In this document: piece by piece, positions 9,226 through 19,664 of the stretch
Numbering within the stretch: position 1 is the first letter of the stretch
Layout: each line of letters begins with the position of its first letter
Assembly (NCBI GenBank): GCA_964528325.1
Contig: CAZGSC010000001.1
Coordinates: forward strand, 6,003 to 70,002
Origin: an uncultured Chloracidobacterium sp.
Lineage (GTDB): Bacteria > Acidobacteriota > Blastocatellia > Pyrinomonadales > Pyrinomonadaceae
Direction: 5' to 3'
Length of the DNA: 64,000 bases
Notes under the pieces: generated by a model
What the model was told of the DNA's origin: nothing
Seen by the model: only the letters and a program-made list of their open reading frames with translations
The model's database searches: none
Translations under genes and position numbers: made by a program

Positions 9226-9593
9226 ACGAGTTCTTAACACACTCGCCACAACAGATCTTTCCGGGTCAGGAAAGAACGTTCACGTTTCGATAGATTTTCT
9301 CGACGCATGCATATTGCTCGTTTGCGTAGACAGCGACATTCAAGCCGCGGGCCGGGCGAATCCCTTAATTGTCTGAGGCAAATTTTGTGCAAGTTCCGCA
9401 TCTGCACAAAAATAGGTCCGAATTAGGTAATTTTTGTGCAAAGCCTCCGTATGACTCAAATACAGCAGGTTTCGTTTTACGTCGTGTGAGTGCGCCAATG
9501 GTGTGCCAACTGATAGAAACTGTTCAAATGGCGACAATCTGAAGCAATCTCGGATCTGCTGAAAATCCAAATAAATCAATCATTTACAAACTC

Positions 9594-9653
9594 GCTCAAA
9601 CTAGAGCAAAATGCTCTGTCAAGATTCGTAATCGAAAGGTCGTCGGTTCGAAT
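9594..9653 (+). pseudogene. degenerate tRNA-like remnant (D-arm plus TTCGTAA anticodon-like loop plus T-arm 5' half; tRNA-Thr(CGU)-like)
   Basis: GCTCaaactaGAGC looks like a D-arm. ATTCGTAATCGAAAGGTCGTCGGTTCGAAT closely resembles the anticodon-loop-to-T-loop portion of bacterial tRNA-Thr(CGU). Extra bases sit between the arms, and there is no complementary T-stem 3' half or acceptor stem, so it cannot fold as a tRNA. Confidence 0.35.
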
Positions 9654-9700
9654 TTGCTATATAGAAAATCGGCTAATATTGAGTAGACGTATAAGCACTC

Positions 9701-10183
9701 CTAAGTCCAATAATTGCGGTCGAGAGAACGGTAATTGATCGCTTCGCTAATATGAGTTGGCCGGATGTTCTCGCTGTTGTCGAGATCGGCTATGGTACGT
9801 GAGACTTTCAAAATGCGGTCATGCGCCCGAGCGGATAAGCCCTGACGGAGCATTGCCTTTTCGAGGAGTTCTTCGCTCTGTGTGTCGAGAGCGCAAAAAG
9901 TACGGATCTGTTTTGGCGACATCGCAGAGTTCGAGAAAACGCCGTCACCATTGAATCGTCTTAGCTGTATCTCGCGTGCCTTAACAACTCGTTCGCGGAT
10001 CACTTCCGAGCTGTCGCCTTCCGGAACTCCACGGCCTCGGAGCTCATTAAACTTAACGGCGGGAACGTCGATATGAATATCTATCCTGTCCAGTAACGGC
10101 CCCGAGATCTTGCCGACGTAGCGTTGTATCTCAGCAGGAGAACATCTACATTCCCGAGAAGAACCGAAGTAGCCACACTTACA
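9701..10183 (-). pseudogene. displaced 3'-end fragment of comM/yifB (last 160 codons plus stop)
   Basis: [50 protein letters not shown]...[13 protein letters not shown] aligns end to end with the last 160 aa of the intact comM at 36681-38243, with 10 substitutions by my count. Similarity stops abruptly 5' of TGTAAGTG and 3' of the stop codon. The 18 upstream codons in the track ORF are unrelated. Confidence 0.85.
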
Positions 10184-10191
10184 CCCCTGCG

Positions 10192-10662
10192 TTGACAAGA
10201 TGCCATTTTGGCATAATCGGCTCAAAACCACCTGCACACGTTATTACCGCAAGACCGTATCCTTATGATCCAAATACGTTAGGTGATTATTTACGGAAAC
10301 GGAGGCTTGATCTGAACCTAACTCAAAAACAACTCGCAGAAGACATATTGCACACGTCTACCTCCAACATCAGAAATTGGGAAGCAAATCGCCGTCAGGT
10401 ATCATTATGCTTCCGGCCCCAGGTTTATGAGTTTATCGGTTTTTTTCCTTGTGATGTTTCGCTCCGACTTGGACTGAGATTGAAACAACGGAGAGAAAGC
10501 CTTGGGCTTTCGATTAGGAAATTGTCTAAGATTCTTGGAGTTGATGCCTCCACAATTGAGAACTGGGAAGACGGCAAACATCAGCCATCCGCCCAAAATC
10601 TACAAACCATCGAATGTTTCCTGGGGTCGTACTTCTGGACGGGATTTGTCGAAAATCAATAA
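10192..10662 (+). CDS. XRE-family transcriptional regulator with two helix-turn-helix (HTH) domains
   Basis: It has two Cro/C1-type HTH units: LGDYLRKRRLDLNLTQKQLAEDILHTSTSNIRNWEANRRQVS and LGLRLKQRRESLGLSIRKLSKILGVDASTIENWEDGKHQPS. The start codon is uncertain. Confidence 0.65.
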   Translation: MTRCHFGIIGSKPPAHVITARPYPYDPNTLGDYLRKRRLDLNLTQKQLAEDILHTSTSNIRNWEANRRQVSLCFRPQVYEFIGFFPCDVSLRLGLRLKQRRESLGLSIRKLSKILGVDASTIENWEDGKHQPSAQNLQTIECFLGSYFWTGFVENQ

Positions 10663-10720
10663 ATGACAGGTTCCGAATTCGCCCATTCGATAGCCAGTCA
10701 TAGAATCATCAGCCGAGCAA

Positions 10721-11869
10721 TCATTTCCCGCTTGCTTGGCCGTAACTGTTGGTCGTTGGCTCGGCGGTTTCTTCGCCGACCTCGCAATAGACCTTTATCA
10801 CGCCCTTTGCGTTCGTAAGGACGTCGAATAGTTGAGCGTGGTTTTCGAGACCGGCAACCGGATGCGTCAATAGACGGGAGAGCCAATCACCGTATTCGAG
10901 AACGGCCTGTGCCATGTCCTTTGCACCGGTCTCAAAATATTCTCGATTTGCGTTGACCGTGCCGATCATTACCTTGTTGCCGAGCACAAAATCGAGATTG
11001 ATCTTGTCGGCCGGAACTTCAACCATGCGATCGCCGCCGGTTACGCTGGAAAGTACGAGAATGCCGTTTTTCGCGAGAGCCTGCATGGCGTCAAAAACGA
11101 TCGGTGAAAAGCCGGTCGCTTCAAAAATAATGTCAAACCCGCCATTTTGAGCGGCATATTGCGGCACGGTAACATCGGCCGTTGAGACATATTTCGCCCC
11201 CAACGACTCTATGAGATCCGAATTGAGGTAAGGCTTCGCCGTGCGGCCAAAGGTAACAACTTCCATACCGCGAAGCCGGAAAACGAGCGTTGCCAAAAGA
11301 CCTATAGTTCCCGCCCCCATGACGGCAGCCCGCTTTGGTTTCCAAACGCGCAGGCGACGTTGCGTCTCGAACGCCTGTGTAATTCCCTTTTGAACAACCG
11401 TCATTGGTTCGAGCAAAACGCCTACATCTTTTAGTCCGCGCGGAATTTTGACGATAAACTCTGCGTCATCAACGTAATACTCGGACAGATAACCGTGACG
11501 AAGATTGATGCCACGTTCAAAGTATGTATCGTCCGTCGTCATGTCGTTCGTGCCAATGACATCGTAGATGCTCGTGCCGGGACGGCGGACTGTCGCAACG
11601 ACATAATCTCCCTTTTTCAGTTCTGTGACATTCAGCCCGACTTCCTCGACCACGCCAAAGCCTTCGTGTCCGATCACGAGAAAGTCTTCGCCGATCGGTG
11701 CCGCACCGTACTCGGCGTTGTTGATCTCTTTGTCGGTGCCGTCAACACCTACGCGCAGAACTTTAACAAGAACACCTCGCCCGTTCGGAATTTCTCCGAT
11801 CTCCGGTTTTGGCATTTCGACAAGATGTGCCGAGTTTTTGATCCCTGGTTTAACTGCTATTGCTTTCAT
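10721..11869 (-). CDS. zinc-dependent medium-chain dehydrogenase, glucose 1-dehydrogenase-like
   Basis: MKAIAVKPG...[17 protein letters not shown]...IGHEGFGVV...[12 protein letters not shown] (Rossmann GxGxxG). The overall layout resembles archaeal-type glucose dehydrogenases of the MDR family. Confidence 0.65.
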   Translation of the reverse strand: MKAIAVKPGIKNSAHLVEMPKPEIGEIPNGRGVLVKVLRVGVDGTDKEINNAEYGAAPIGEDFLVIGHEGFGVVEEVGLNVTELKKGDYVVATVRRPGTSIYDVIGTNDMTTDDTYFERGINLRHGYLSEYYVDDAEFIVKIPRGLKDVGVLLEPMTVVQKGITQAFETQRRLRVWKPKRAAVMGAGTIGLLATLVFRLRGMEVVTFGRTAKPYLNSDLIESLGAKYVSTADVTVPQYAAQNGGFDIIFEATGFSPIVFDAMQALAKNGILVLSSVTGGDRMVEVPADKINLDFVLGNKVMIGTVNANREYFETGAKDMAQAVLEYGDWLSRLLTHPVAGLENHAQLFDVLTNAKGVIKVYCEVGEETAEPTTNSYGQASGK

Positions 11870-11925
11870 AATTATTATCTTTTATATCTGTGCTTCAACT
11901 GCGTGGCTAAAACGCAACTCTTACT

Positions 11926-12894
11926 CTATGCAGCTAGTGCCTGCATCCATTCGGTTTGGACTCCCAAATTTGCCAGCGTACCGACAACTCTTTCAGGTTC
12001 ACCCCAGTCACACCAACCGACGTCGCCGACACGCATAACGAGTAGCTCGTCTGAAGAGTTTTCGAGCACTTCGCTGGAGAAATTTGTGTCTTCGATCCAA
12101 GAATAGATTGATCGGATCACGGCAGATTCCTGGCTTGTTCCAAAGAGCTTAGATGCCGCTGCAAACATGCGAAACATTTCCGGCAAACGTTTTTTAAACA
12201 TATTAAGAAAGGTCTCGGCCTTGCCGACCATCACAAAGCTGTTCCACATACATCCATCGGCCATCAGCCTTTCGGCAACTCCGTGTGTCGGCTTTTCCCA
12301 AAACCGGTTGACACGGCTGACGGACTTTGCCATGTCACCGAAGAATGAACTGGCAGGCTCGATCCAACCGTATGACGTCTCGGCCTTTTCCGGTTCTATG
12401 CCAAGCAGAACAATCGACTGTTGATTGAATCCAGCTGTTCGAAATGCCGCTTCGACGTGATCCATAAACGAAGAGTCGTTTGAAAAATAATGATCTGACG
12501 GAAAAAAAGCGACCGTTGCATCCGGCGACATTTTTGCAAGACGCATCAGGCTGTAGAGTATCGCCGGTGCGGTTCCGCGATTCTCTGGCTGGACGACCAT
12601 TTGCGAGCCCGGCACGTTCCAAAGCGGGCGCTCGTAATATCGCTCATGTTTCTGCGTCAGGCTGAAAAATGTGTTTTCCGGCCGGATACGCATAGCGGAT
12701 CGGTTTCTTGTCTTATCAAGAAGGGTTTCGTTGCCCAGTATCGGACAAAATTGTTTTGGGCGTTCGTCACCGGCTATCGCCCGCGTTAGTGAACGAAGAC
12801 GTGTTCCATCGCCGCCTGCCAAAATTATTGCGTGCCGATTGGCTTTATTTGCAGCAAATGTTTTGAAATCTCTGACTGTGGTTTTGAACTTCAT
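11926..12894 (-). CDS. sugar-phosphate nucleotidyltransferase (mannose-1-phosphate guanylyltransferase-like)
   Basis: The N-terminal signature is AIILAGGDGTRLRSLTR...ERPKQFCPILGNETLL. Confidence 0.7.
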   Translation of the reverse strand: MKFKTTVRDFKTFAANKANRHAIILAGGDGTRLRSLTRAIAGDERPKQFCPILGNETLLDKTRNRSAMRIRPENTFFSLTQKHERYYERPLWNVPGSQMVVQPENRGTAPAILYSLMRLAKMSPDATVAFFPSDHYFSNDSSFMDHVEAAFRTAGFNQQSIVLLGIEPEKAETSYGWIEPASSFFGDMAKSVSRVNRFWEKPTHGVAERLMADGCMWNSFVMVGKAETFLNMFKKRLPEMFRMFAAASKLFGTSQESAVIRSIYSWIEDTNFSSEVLENSSDELLVMRVGDVGWCDWGEPERVVGTLANLGVQTEWMQALAA

Positions 12895-13015
12895 TTTTGA
12901 TTCGCTCCCTCGCTAAACTCCATTTACTGAAGCACGTCGAGAGGCAAATATATTCCATTCAAATGTAAATTCGGAGATTCAATATTTCTGTCGGCAAAAA
13001 TACAATGACCGCCTG

Positions 13016-15655
13016 CTACTCACCGCTTTGCTGCAGTAATTTTGCGACCAATCCGGTCCATCCGGTCTGGTGACTCGCACCGACTCCCGATCCACTATCG
13101 CCATGAAAATATTCGTAAAACAAGATGTGGTCGCGGAAATGTTCGTCAGTTTGGAACTTCTCCGAATTCCCAAAAACCGGTCGTTTTCCGTCCGCATCTT
13201 TTAGAAAGATGCGTGACATTCGCCGCGACAGTTCCTGCGAAACTTCCCAAAGATTCATCATATTTCCCGACCCGGTCGGACATTCTACTTTCAGATCGTC
13301 GCCGTAGTAGTGGTGAAACTTTTGGAGCGATTCAACGAGCAGATAATTGACCGGAAACCAAATGGGTCCCCGCCAATTCGAGTTACCGCCAAATAATCCG
13401 CTCGAGGATTCACCCGGCTCGTAATCGACTCGATTCTCATCACCATTTACTCTGAGAATGTAGGGACTATCTTTGTGATACCGCGACACAGCACGAATGC
13501 CGTAAGGCGAGAGAAACTCGTTCTCATCAAGCATGACTTTTAGAACTCGTTCCAATCTCTCGCGATAGGCAACGGCCAAAAGTCTTCGCTCGCCCATTCC
13601 GGGGGTGCGCATGCATGCAACATTGCTGATCAGTCCGGGCCGGTTGTCGATAAACCACTGCATCCGACGTTTGAAATTTGGCAGCGCGTCCAAAATTTCC
13701 GGATCGATCGAGCTAACGGCAAACAGAGGAATAAGGCCGACCATCGAGCGAACTTTTAACGGCATGCTGCTCTGACCGTGAAGGTGAAGAACGTCGTAAT
13801 AAAAACCGTCCTCCTCATCCCATAGTGAGATCCCCTCATCACCGAGGTTATTCATAGCCCCCGAAATATAAAGAAAATGCTCCCAGAATTTGCTCGCCAG
13901 ATCTTCGTAAGTACTGTCTTCGGAGGCAAGTTCGAGTGCGATCGCGAGCATGTTTAGACAATACATCGCCATCCAACTCGTGCCATCGGATTGCGCCAAT
14001 TTGCCGCCTGTCGGCAGCGGCTGCGAACGGTCGAACACGCCGATGTTGTCGAGCCCGAGGAAGCCGCCTTCGAAGACATTCATTCCTTCCGAATCTTTCC
14101 TGTTTACCCACCATGTAAAATTGAGGAGCAATTTTTGGAAAACGCGCGCCAAAAATTCGCGGTCTCCGACGCCTGTTCGCTTTTTATCGATCTTATAGAC
14201 GCGCAGAGCCGCCCAAGCGTGAACCGGCGGGTTTACATCTCCGAATGCCCATTCGTAGGCCGGTATCTGCCCGTTCGGATGCATGTACCACTCGCGCAGC
14301 ATCAGCACGAGCTGTTCCTTGGCAAATTCCGCATCAACAAGTGCCAGGGGAATGCAGTGAAATGCCAGGTCCCAAGCCGCGTACCAAGGATATTCCCACT
14401 TATCAGGCATCGAGATGATGTCGGCGTTATAAAGGTGCGGCCAATCGTGATTGCGGCCGCTCTTTCTCCCATCCGGCGGAGGCGGAACCGCCGTGTCGCC
14501 ATTTAGCCAATCGCCCACGACATAATGGTAAAACTGTTTCGACCAAAGCATTCCGGCAAATGCCTGACGCTGAACATTTTTTGCGTCGTCCGAAAGTCCA
14601 TCGGGGATGATAGTTGAATAGAAATCATTCGCCTCGGCGATCCGTTGGTCAAATGTCTTATCAAAGCCCTTAAATACATTAGATGATTTTGTGAGTTCTT
14701 GATCTGACAAACGCAGCCTAATAGTCACGCTTTTGCCGGCAGCAACATTCAAAACGTATCGTGCCGCCGCCTTTGTGCCGACTTGGGCAGGATTAACGGC
14801 CTCCGAGCTTCCATTAACAACATAATTATTTATCCCATCTTTTACATACGGCGTGCGGTTTGCGGCACCGAACAGCCGTTCGGTGTTAGTATCGTTTTCG
14901 GTAAAGAGCAGTTCGTTCGGGCCATCGCAATATAACCACCGTTTACCCAGATCGCCGGATTCAAGCTCAATAACATTGTCTTTGACCTTGTGGAGTTTGC
15001 AGTTTGCAGCGTCGCCATTCCACGTCCATGTGTTGCGAAACCAAACGGTCGGAAGAACATGTATTGCCGCATCTTCGGGGCCACGATTCGCCACAGTGAT
15101 CTTTACCAAAATGTCCTCGACATCGGCTTTTGCGTATTCGACAAAAACGTCAAAATACCGGTTCTCTGAAAATAGACCTGTGTCGATCAGCTCAAATTCG
15201 CCATCAGTTTTATTTCGATCGCGATTTTCCCCGATCAATTGCTCATAAGGAAAAGCAGCCTGCGGATATTTATACAGGTACTTCATGTAGGAATGTGTCG
15301 GCGTCGAATCGAGATAGTAATAGATCTCTTTAACATCCTCGCCATGATTCCCTTCGTTGCCTGTCAGGCCGAATAGGCGCTCTTTCAAGATCGGGTCCTT
15401 TCCATTCCAGAGAGCGATCGAAAAGCAGACGTTTTGGTGGCGGTCGGAGATACCGGCAATCCCGTCCTCGTTCCAGCGATATGCCCGCGAGCGGGCGTGG
15501 TCATGAGGAAAATAGTCCCACGCGGAACCATCCGGCGAGTAATCCTCGCGAACGGTTCCCCATGCACGCTCACTAAGATACGGCCCCCAACGCTTCCAAT
15601 GTTTCTCGCGTGCGTTCGACTCGGCGAGGCGTTGCTGTTCAGCGCCTTTCTTCAC
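13016..15655 (-). CDS. GH63-like glycoside hydrolase (MGH1 / mannosylglycerate-hydrolase-like glucosidase)
   Basis: Family-typical sequence is present: [51 protein letters not shown]... and a C-terminal (alpha/alpha)6 region ...[17 protein letters not shown] place the start at the GTG (15655-15653), which overlaps the upstream gene's TGA as GTGA. The track ORF extends to 15940, but that part overlaps the YHS gene out of frame. Confidence 0.75.
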   Translation of the reverse strand: MKKGAEQQRLAESNAREKHWKRWGPYLSERAWGTVREDYSPDGSAWDYFPHDHARSRAYRWNEDGIAGISDRHQNVCFSIALWNGKDPILKERLFGLTGNEGNHGEDVKEIYYYLDSTPTHSYMKYLYKYPQAAFPYEQLIGENRDRNKTDGEFELIDTGLFSENRYFDVFVEYAKADVEDILVKITVANRGPEDAAIHVLPTVWFRNTWTWNGDAANCKLHKVKDNVIELESGDLGKRWLYCDGPNELLFTENDTNTERLFGAANRTPYVKDGINNYVVNGSSEAVNPAQVGTKAAARYVLNVAAGKSVTIRLRLSDQELTKSSNVFKGFDKTFDQRIAEANDFYSTIIPDGLSDDAKNVQRQAFAGMLWSKQFYHYVVGDWLNGDTAVPPPPDGRKSGRNHDWPHLYNADIISMPDKWEYPWYAAWDLAFHCIPLALVDAEFAKEQLVLMLREWYMHPNGQIPAYEWAFGDVNPPVHAWAALRVYKIDKKRTGVGDREFLARVFQKLLLNFTWWVNRKDSEGMNVFEGGFLGLDNIGVFDRSQPLPTGGKLAQSDGTSWMAMYCLNMLAIALELASEDSTYEDLASKFWEHFLYISGAMNNLGDEGISLWDEEDGFYYDVLHLHGQSSMPLKVRSMVGLIPLFAVSSIDPEILDALPNFKRRMQWFIDNRPGLISNVACMRTPGMGERRLLAVAYRERLERVLKVMLDENEFLSPYGIRAVSRYHKDSPYILRVNGDENRVDYEPGESSSGLFGGNSNWRGPIWFPVNYLLVESLQKFHHYYGDDLKVECPTGSGNMMNLWEVSQELSRRMSRIFLKDADGKRPVFGNSEKFQTDEHFRDHILFYEYFHGDSGSGVGASHQTGWTGLVAKLLQQSGE

Positions 15656-16137
15656 CCTTTGTGCTGTGGTTTTTTGGTTTGAAAGTCCTTCCAATTCTTT
15701 TCTCCGTCCTTGATAAAATTGTCCTGGTTCTTTTCCCATGCTTCTTTTGCTTCCTGGTTGTAATTTAGATATAGCTTGCGATCGACGATCTTCCACGTTT
15801 GCGGATCGCCGTCGGCGGTATAGCCATGCGAAACTGCGTACGAGCAATAGCCGCCGAATTGAGGTGCAAAGGCGGATGGATCGGCCTTGAATTTCTCTAG
15901 GTTCTCTGCCGTTGCAAAAAGCCATTTCGCGCCGTTCCATGTGTATTCGAATGCGGGACTGCCCTGTATCGCCGCCTCTTCAGCAAAGAATGCAACCGCG
16001 TCATAACCGCGAACTGCCAGCCCGCTCGGGTCAGTGTTTACCGAATCGACGCCTTCGCGACGAGAACATGCGCCTGCAAAGATCGAGACGAGAACAAGCA
16101 AAAGTATGTAAATGTATTTCATATTATTATTTTTCAA
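15652..16137 (-). CDS. YHS-domain lipoprotein
   Basis: It has a signal plus lipobox-like FAGAC, then GYDAVAFF...[30 protein letters not shown], typical of YHS-domain proteins. Confidence 0.6.
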   Translation of the reverse strand: MKNNNMKYIYILLLVLVSIFAGACSRREGVDSVNTDPSGLAVRGYDAVAFFAEEAAIQGSPAFEYTWNGAKWLFATAENLEKFKADPSAFAPQFGGYCSYAVSHGYTADGDPQTWKIVDRKLYLNYNQEAKEAWEKNQDNFIKDGEKNWKDFQTKKPQHKG

Positions 16138-17164
16138 TTAGTCTGACCGCATGCCCATCGGGATCACGAAACATCGCTGCATTTCGAAAACCGAGTTGGT
16201 TATTCGGAAAGGTAATGAGGCCAACTGAGATAAGGTCTGCCTTGTAATTCCTGAGGAAAGTTGCCGCGTCGTTTGCGGCAAAACTCGTTTCCCAATGCCA
16301 TAGGTCGCTGCTGCGCGTGTCGCTTGGAAAAGGTCGGCCGTCAGTGGGCGCTAGGTATTCGAGGAATTCGACCGCGATGCCATCCTCTTTCGTCCTGAGA
16401 CCGGTGATGTGCAGCTTTGCACCAAATACGTTATTGAGGTGTTCCTGTTCAGGGCCGTAGTTGTCACTTGTCCCGGCAACGGTAAGGCCTAGCGTATCGC
16501 GGTAAAATTTCAGGCTTCTTTCCGAATCACCGACGACTATCGCAGTATGATCTATACCAAGAAAGAGCTTTCCGCTTTTTGCCAGGTCGTGCCATTTCGG
16601 TAGGCCCTTTCCATCAGGAAACTGCAAGATCTCGAGGACGTGATTGTCCGGGTCTTTGAAATAAAATGCTCTTATTCCGGCCGCAGCGGTTATATACGCC
16701 GGCAAGATTTGCGGTGCGGTTGACGCGTGTCGAACCTTATTTGAACGCAAAACCTGATACGCCTTTTCCATGTCAGAGACGATGATCGCAATATGTTGAA
16801 ACCAGCGGTCATTGCTTCGCGAATCCACCGGGATCGGATGGCCCTGCGGTGTTAGATATTCCGTTAGCTCAAGCGTTTCACCGCCGAGCTTTAGATCGAC
16901 TATCCTCACGCGAGCCCCAAAGACGCCGGAGAGATGCTCGAAATCGGTGCCCCAAACCTCATTGTCCGAAACCTTTTCAAACGGCAGCACATGCGTGTAA
17001 AAGTCGATCGCTCTGTCCATGTCCGAGACGGTAAAGCCCACGGATTCAACATGAGTGACCGCCTGGCCGTTGGCTGACGACAGGAAAGCCAGCATTGCAA
17101 GCAAGACGGCTATCAGCCAGCCGAGCGGAATTTCTAAAGTTTGTTTTGTTCTAGCGTTAGTCAT
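16127..17164 (-). CDS. secreted two-domain VOC (glyoxalase/bleomycin-resistance/dioxygenase) protein
   Basis: It has a signal peptide, then two repeats of the VOC pattern (HVESVGFTVSDMDRAIDFY...; IDHTAIVVGDSERSLKFYRDTLGL...). Confidence 0.65.
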   Translation of the reverse strand: MTNARTKQTLEIPLGWLIAVLLAMLAFLSSANGQAVTHVESVGFTVSDMDRAIDFYTHVLPFEKVSDNEVWGTDFEHLSGVFGARVRIVDLKLGGETLELTEYLTPQGHPIPVDSRSNDRWFQHIAIIVSDMEKAYQVLRSNKVRHASTAPQILPAYITAAAGIRAFYFKDPDNHVLEILQFPDGKGLPKWHDLAKSGKLFLGIDHTAIVVGDSERSLKFYRDTLGLTVAGTSDNYGPEQEHLNNVFGAKLHITGLRTKEDGIAVEFLEYLAPTDGRPFPSDTRSSDLWHWETSFAANDAATFLRNYKADLISVGLITFPNNQLGFRNAAMFRDPDGHAVRLIEK

Positions 17165-17171
17165 GATCTTT

Positions 17172-18737
17172 CTAATTCATTCTTTCCAATAAATGCTTTC
17201 CGACACGCAGAGCGTTAGCCATTATTGTCAGAGCAGGGTTTACGGCCGAGCTTGACGGAAAAAAGCTGCCGTCAACGACATAAAGATTGTCTATATCGTG
17301 CGTTTTGCAGTTGACGTCGAGTACTGACGTTTTCGGATCATCGCCAAAGCGCAGCGTTCCGTTTTGATGTGCAACTCCGGCGAGCGGGATCTGCTCGGCG
17401 AGATAAAGATTGCGCGAAAATAGCCCCTGATGACATTCGCCGCCGTGAATATCGCATTTTCGCTGATTGTTCATCAGGTGCTTGAGTTTATCCTGCAGAC
17501 GTTTGTGGGCTTCCAGATTGTTTGGCGTGTATGAAAGGACGATATCGCCGTCTTTGTTAAGCGTCACGCGGTTTTCCGGACGCGGCAGATCTTCGGTCGT
17601 CAGCCAAAAATCAAGCGAGTGTTTTGCCATCTGATCAAGCGCAAAACCGGGAGCGACCGCCGGCGCACCAGCCGACAGCGTTACGCCGTCCAGTTTTCCG
17701 ACGAACGAGATATGGCCCATCGGATATGGAAAGTCTGCCGATCCGAAATAGAAGTCGTTCACACCAAGTGTCTTTTGAAAGACGGTTGGGTTCGGGCATT
17801 TTGAAACTGCTAGTAAAACTGAATTCACATGCCCCATGTAGTTTCGGCCAACTTGATCGGAACTGTTTGCTAGGCCGTTCGGATGTTTGTCATTTGCCGA
17901 ACGCAACAGAAGTGCGGCTGAGTTTATAGCCCCGGCTGAAACCACGATCAGATCTGCTGAGTATTTTTCTTTCTCACCTTCACGCTCGACGTTTACCGCC
18001 GTGATCTTTCGTCCGTTATCGTCAGTTTCGAGCTTTGTAACCATCGAATTCGTCAGCAGTGTCACGTTTGGAAAATTCAATGCCGGCTCGATGCCGCAAA
18101 CATGGGCGTCAGATTTTGCATTCAATAGGCATGGAAACCCGTCGCATGTTGCGCACCTAACGCAACTGCTTTTGCGGTCGTTCTCCTTTAACTGAATCCC
18201 CAGCGGCACATGGAACGGTTTGACACCCATCGCCGCAAAATCTTCGGCGAGATGTTGAATTCGCGGCTCATGGCTGACTGCCGGATACGGAAATTCGGAG
18301 CTCCGGTGCGGCTCGGTCGGATCTTCACCGGCTGCACCGTGAACGTGATAAAGCTCCTCGGCCTGAGTGTAAAACGGCTCAAGCTCGTCATACGAAATCG
18401 GCCAGGCAGGCGATATGCCGTCGTAATGTTTCAATTCGCCGAAATCTTCTTTTCGCATGCGGAAAAGCGCGGCTCCGTAGAATTTTGTGTTTCCGCCAAC
18501 GTTGTAATTAGTATGCGGGTGAAGCGGTTTGCCGTTCTTGTCGTACCACACTTCTTTCGTGTTGTATTTGCCCTCGACATTCACGAGGCGCGAATTCCAG
18601 TTGGCAGGCTCGCGCTTCACAAAATCGCCGCGTTCGAGAATAAGTATGTTCTTGCCTGATGGCGCCAATTTGCGTGCAAGCGTCCCGCCGCCTGCTCCGG
18701 TTCCGATAATAATTACGTCGTAATGTCCGTTCGTCAT
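17172..18737 (-). CDS. GMC-family FAD-dependent oxidoreductase
   Basis: The N-terminus is YDVIIIGTGAGGGTLARKLA (FAD ADP-binding fold). The C-terminus is GMC-like: ...NLYVVDGSFFPSSSAVNPALTIMANALRV. Confidence 0.8.
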   Translation of the reverse strand: MTNGHYDVIIIGTGAGGGTLARKLAPSGKNILILERGDFVKREPANWNSRLVNVEGKYNTKEVWYDKNGKPLHPHTNYNVGGNTKFYGAALFRMRKEDFGELKHYDGISPAWPISYDELEPFYTQAEELYHVHGAAGEDPTEPHRSSEFPYPAVSHEPRIQHLAEDFAAMGVKPFHVPLGIQLKENDRKSSCVRCATCDGFPCLLNAKSDAHVCGIEPALNFPNVTLLTNSMVTKLETDDNGRKITAVNVEREGEKEKYSADLIVVSAGAINSAALLLRSANDKHPNGLANSSDQVGRNYMGHVNSVLLAVSKCPNPTVFQKTLGVNDFYFGSADFPYPMGHISFVGKLDGVTLSAGAPAVAPGFALDQMAKHSLDFWLTTEDLPRPENRVTLNKDGDIVLSYTPNNLEAHKRLQDKLKHLMNNQRKCDIHGGECHQGLFSRNLYLAEQIPLAGVAHQNGTLRFGDDPKTSVLDVNCKTHDIDNLYVVDGSFFPSSSAVNPALTIMANALRVGKHLLERMN

Positions 18738-18748
18738 ATAAAAATTCC

Positions 18749-19591
18749 TTAAAATAGACCGGTTACCGTCGGAAAAAGATGTGCAGCTTTTGTAACCTCG
18801 ATCGTGCCGCTTCGCATTTCGTTAAACCGACAGTTAAAGATGCACCGCATTCGATTGTGATGGTGCAGCTTTGCGCAAAGCACCGATCTCGATCCGCGAA
18901 TCCGGACAAAAACCTCAGAAGCCACGAGCATAGCGATCGGCGGTGCGATGAAATAGAGCCACAGGCTCGACCATGTTCCGGCAAAAGCCGCCGACGCTAG
19001 CGAACGGGCCGGATTCATACTCATGCCGGAGACGGGCGACTCAATCGCGATAAAAAGCGCCACAAATATGCCCGCAAAATACGGCGTCAGACGTGACCAT
19101 TTTGCCGAATTACTGGTAAATAAGATCATCGTCATCATAAGAAATGAAATAATGACCTCAGCAAAAAAAGCCACGCCTACGCCGTATCTGCCCGGGACCG
19201 TAGCGACGAAATTCACCGCACTGTCCGCGAGCAAACCGCCAAAGATCAACCACGCTGCCAAAACACCGACCACGCCGCCGGCGAAATGTGAAAATATGTA
19301 AAAGGCCGCATCTGCGCGAGTGATCTTACCCAATCGCAAAAACGTCAGCGTTACCGCCGGATTAAAATGTGCTCCTGAGCGTTTCCCCCACGGCGAACAA
19401 ATGATCGCAACGGCTGTCGAACCCATCGCAAAGCCCATCATCACCATGCGGATCGTAATGCTGATCCCTATGAGCGGCGACAGTGGATGAAATAGAGCAA
19501 CGCCGAAGGCACAAGCCGACACCATAAACGTTCCGATACACCATGCTTCGATGAGGTATTCGGGCCAGTGTTGTTTTAATGTCTCGATCAT
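18749..19591 (-). CDS. MIP-family channel (aquaporin/aquaglyceroporin)
   Basis: It has two NPA boxes (SGAHFNPAVT and GMSMNPARS) and six predicted hydrophobic segments. Confidence 0.85.
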   Translation of the reverse strand: MIETLKQHWPEYLIEAWCIGTFMVSACAFGVALFHPLSPLIGISITIRMVMMGFAMGSTAVAIICSPWGKRSGAHFNPAVTLTFLRLGKITRADAAFYIFSHFAGGVVGVLAAWLIFGGLLADSAVNFVATVPGRYGVGVAFFAEVIISFLMMTMILFTSNSAKWSRLTPYFAGIFVALFIAIESPVSGMSMNPARSLASAAFAGTWSSLWLYFIAPPIAMLVASEVFVRIRGSRSVLCAKLHHHNRMRCIFNCRFNEMRSGTIEVTKAAHLFPTVTGLF

Positions 19592-19664
19592 TTCGCTCTC
19601 GCCAGTAAAAATCGTTTGGGATAGAAGTTTTATTCCCGGAAATTGTTTTCCTGCTCAAGGAGAT

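Noticed and set aside
9340-9579. 79-aa minus-strand ORF in the spacer between the two gene fragments
   Set aside because: It has no ribosome-binding-site-like sequence and no family resemblance. It spans the hairpin/repeat region and is more likely non-coding.
10184-10237. The extra 18 N-terminal codons of track ORF 9701-10237 (MQVVLSRLCQNGILSTQG)
   Set aside because: They have no similarity to comM at the corresponding position (the intact copy reads ...LVASMNP there). They overlap the XRE gene start. The fragment is a remnant, not a functional short ComM.
15656-15940. The 95-codon N-terminal extension of the GH63 ORF (track ORF 13016-15940)
   Set aside because: It overlaps the YHS-domain gene in another frame. 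Its sequence ([18 protein letters not shown]...) is unlike GH63 N-termini. A GTG forming a GTGA overlap with the YHS stop gives the family-typical start just before [16 protein letters not shown].
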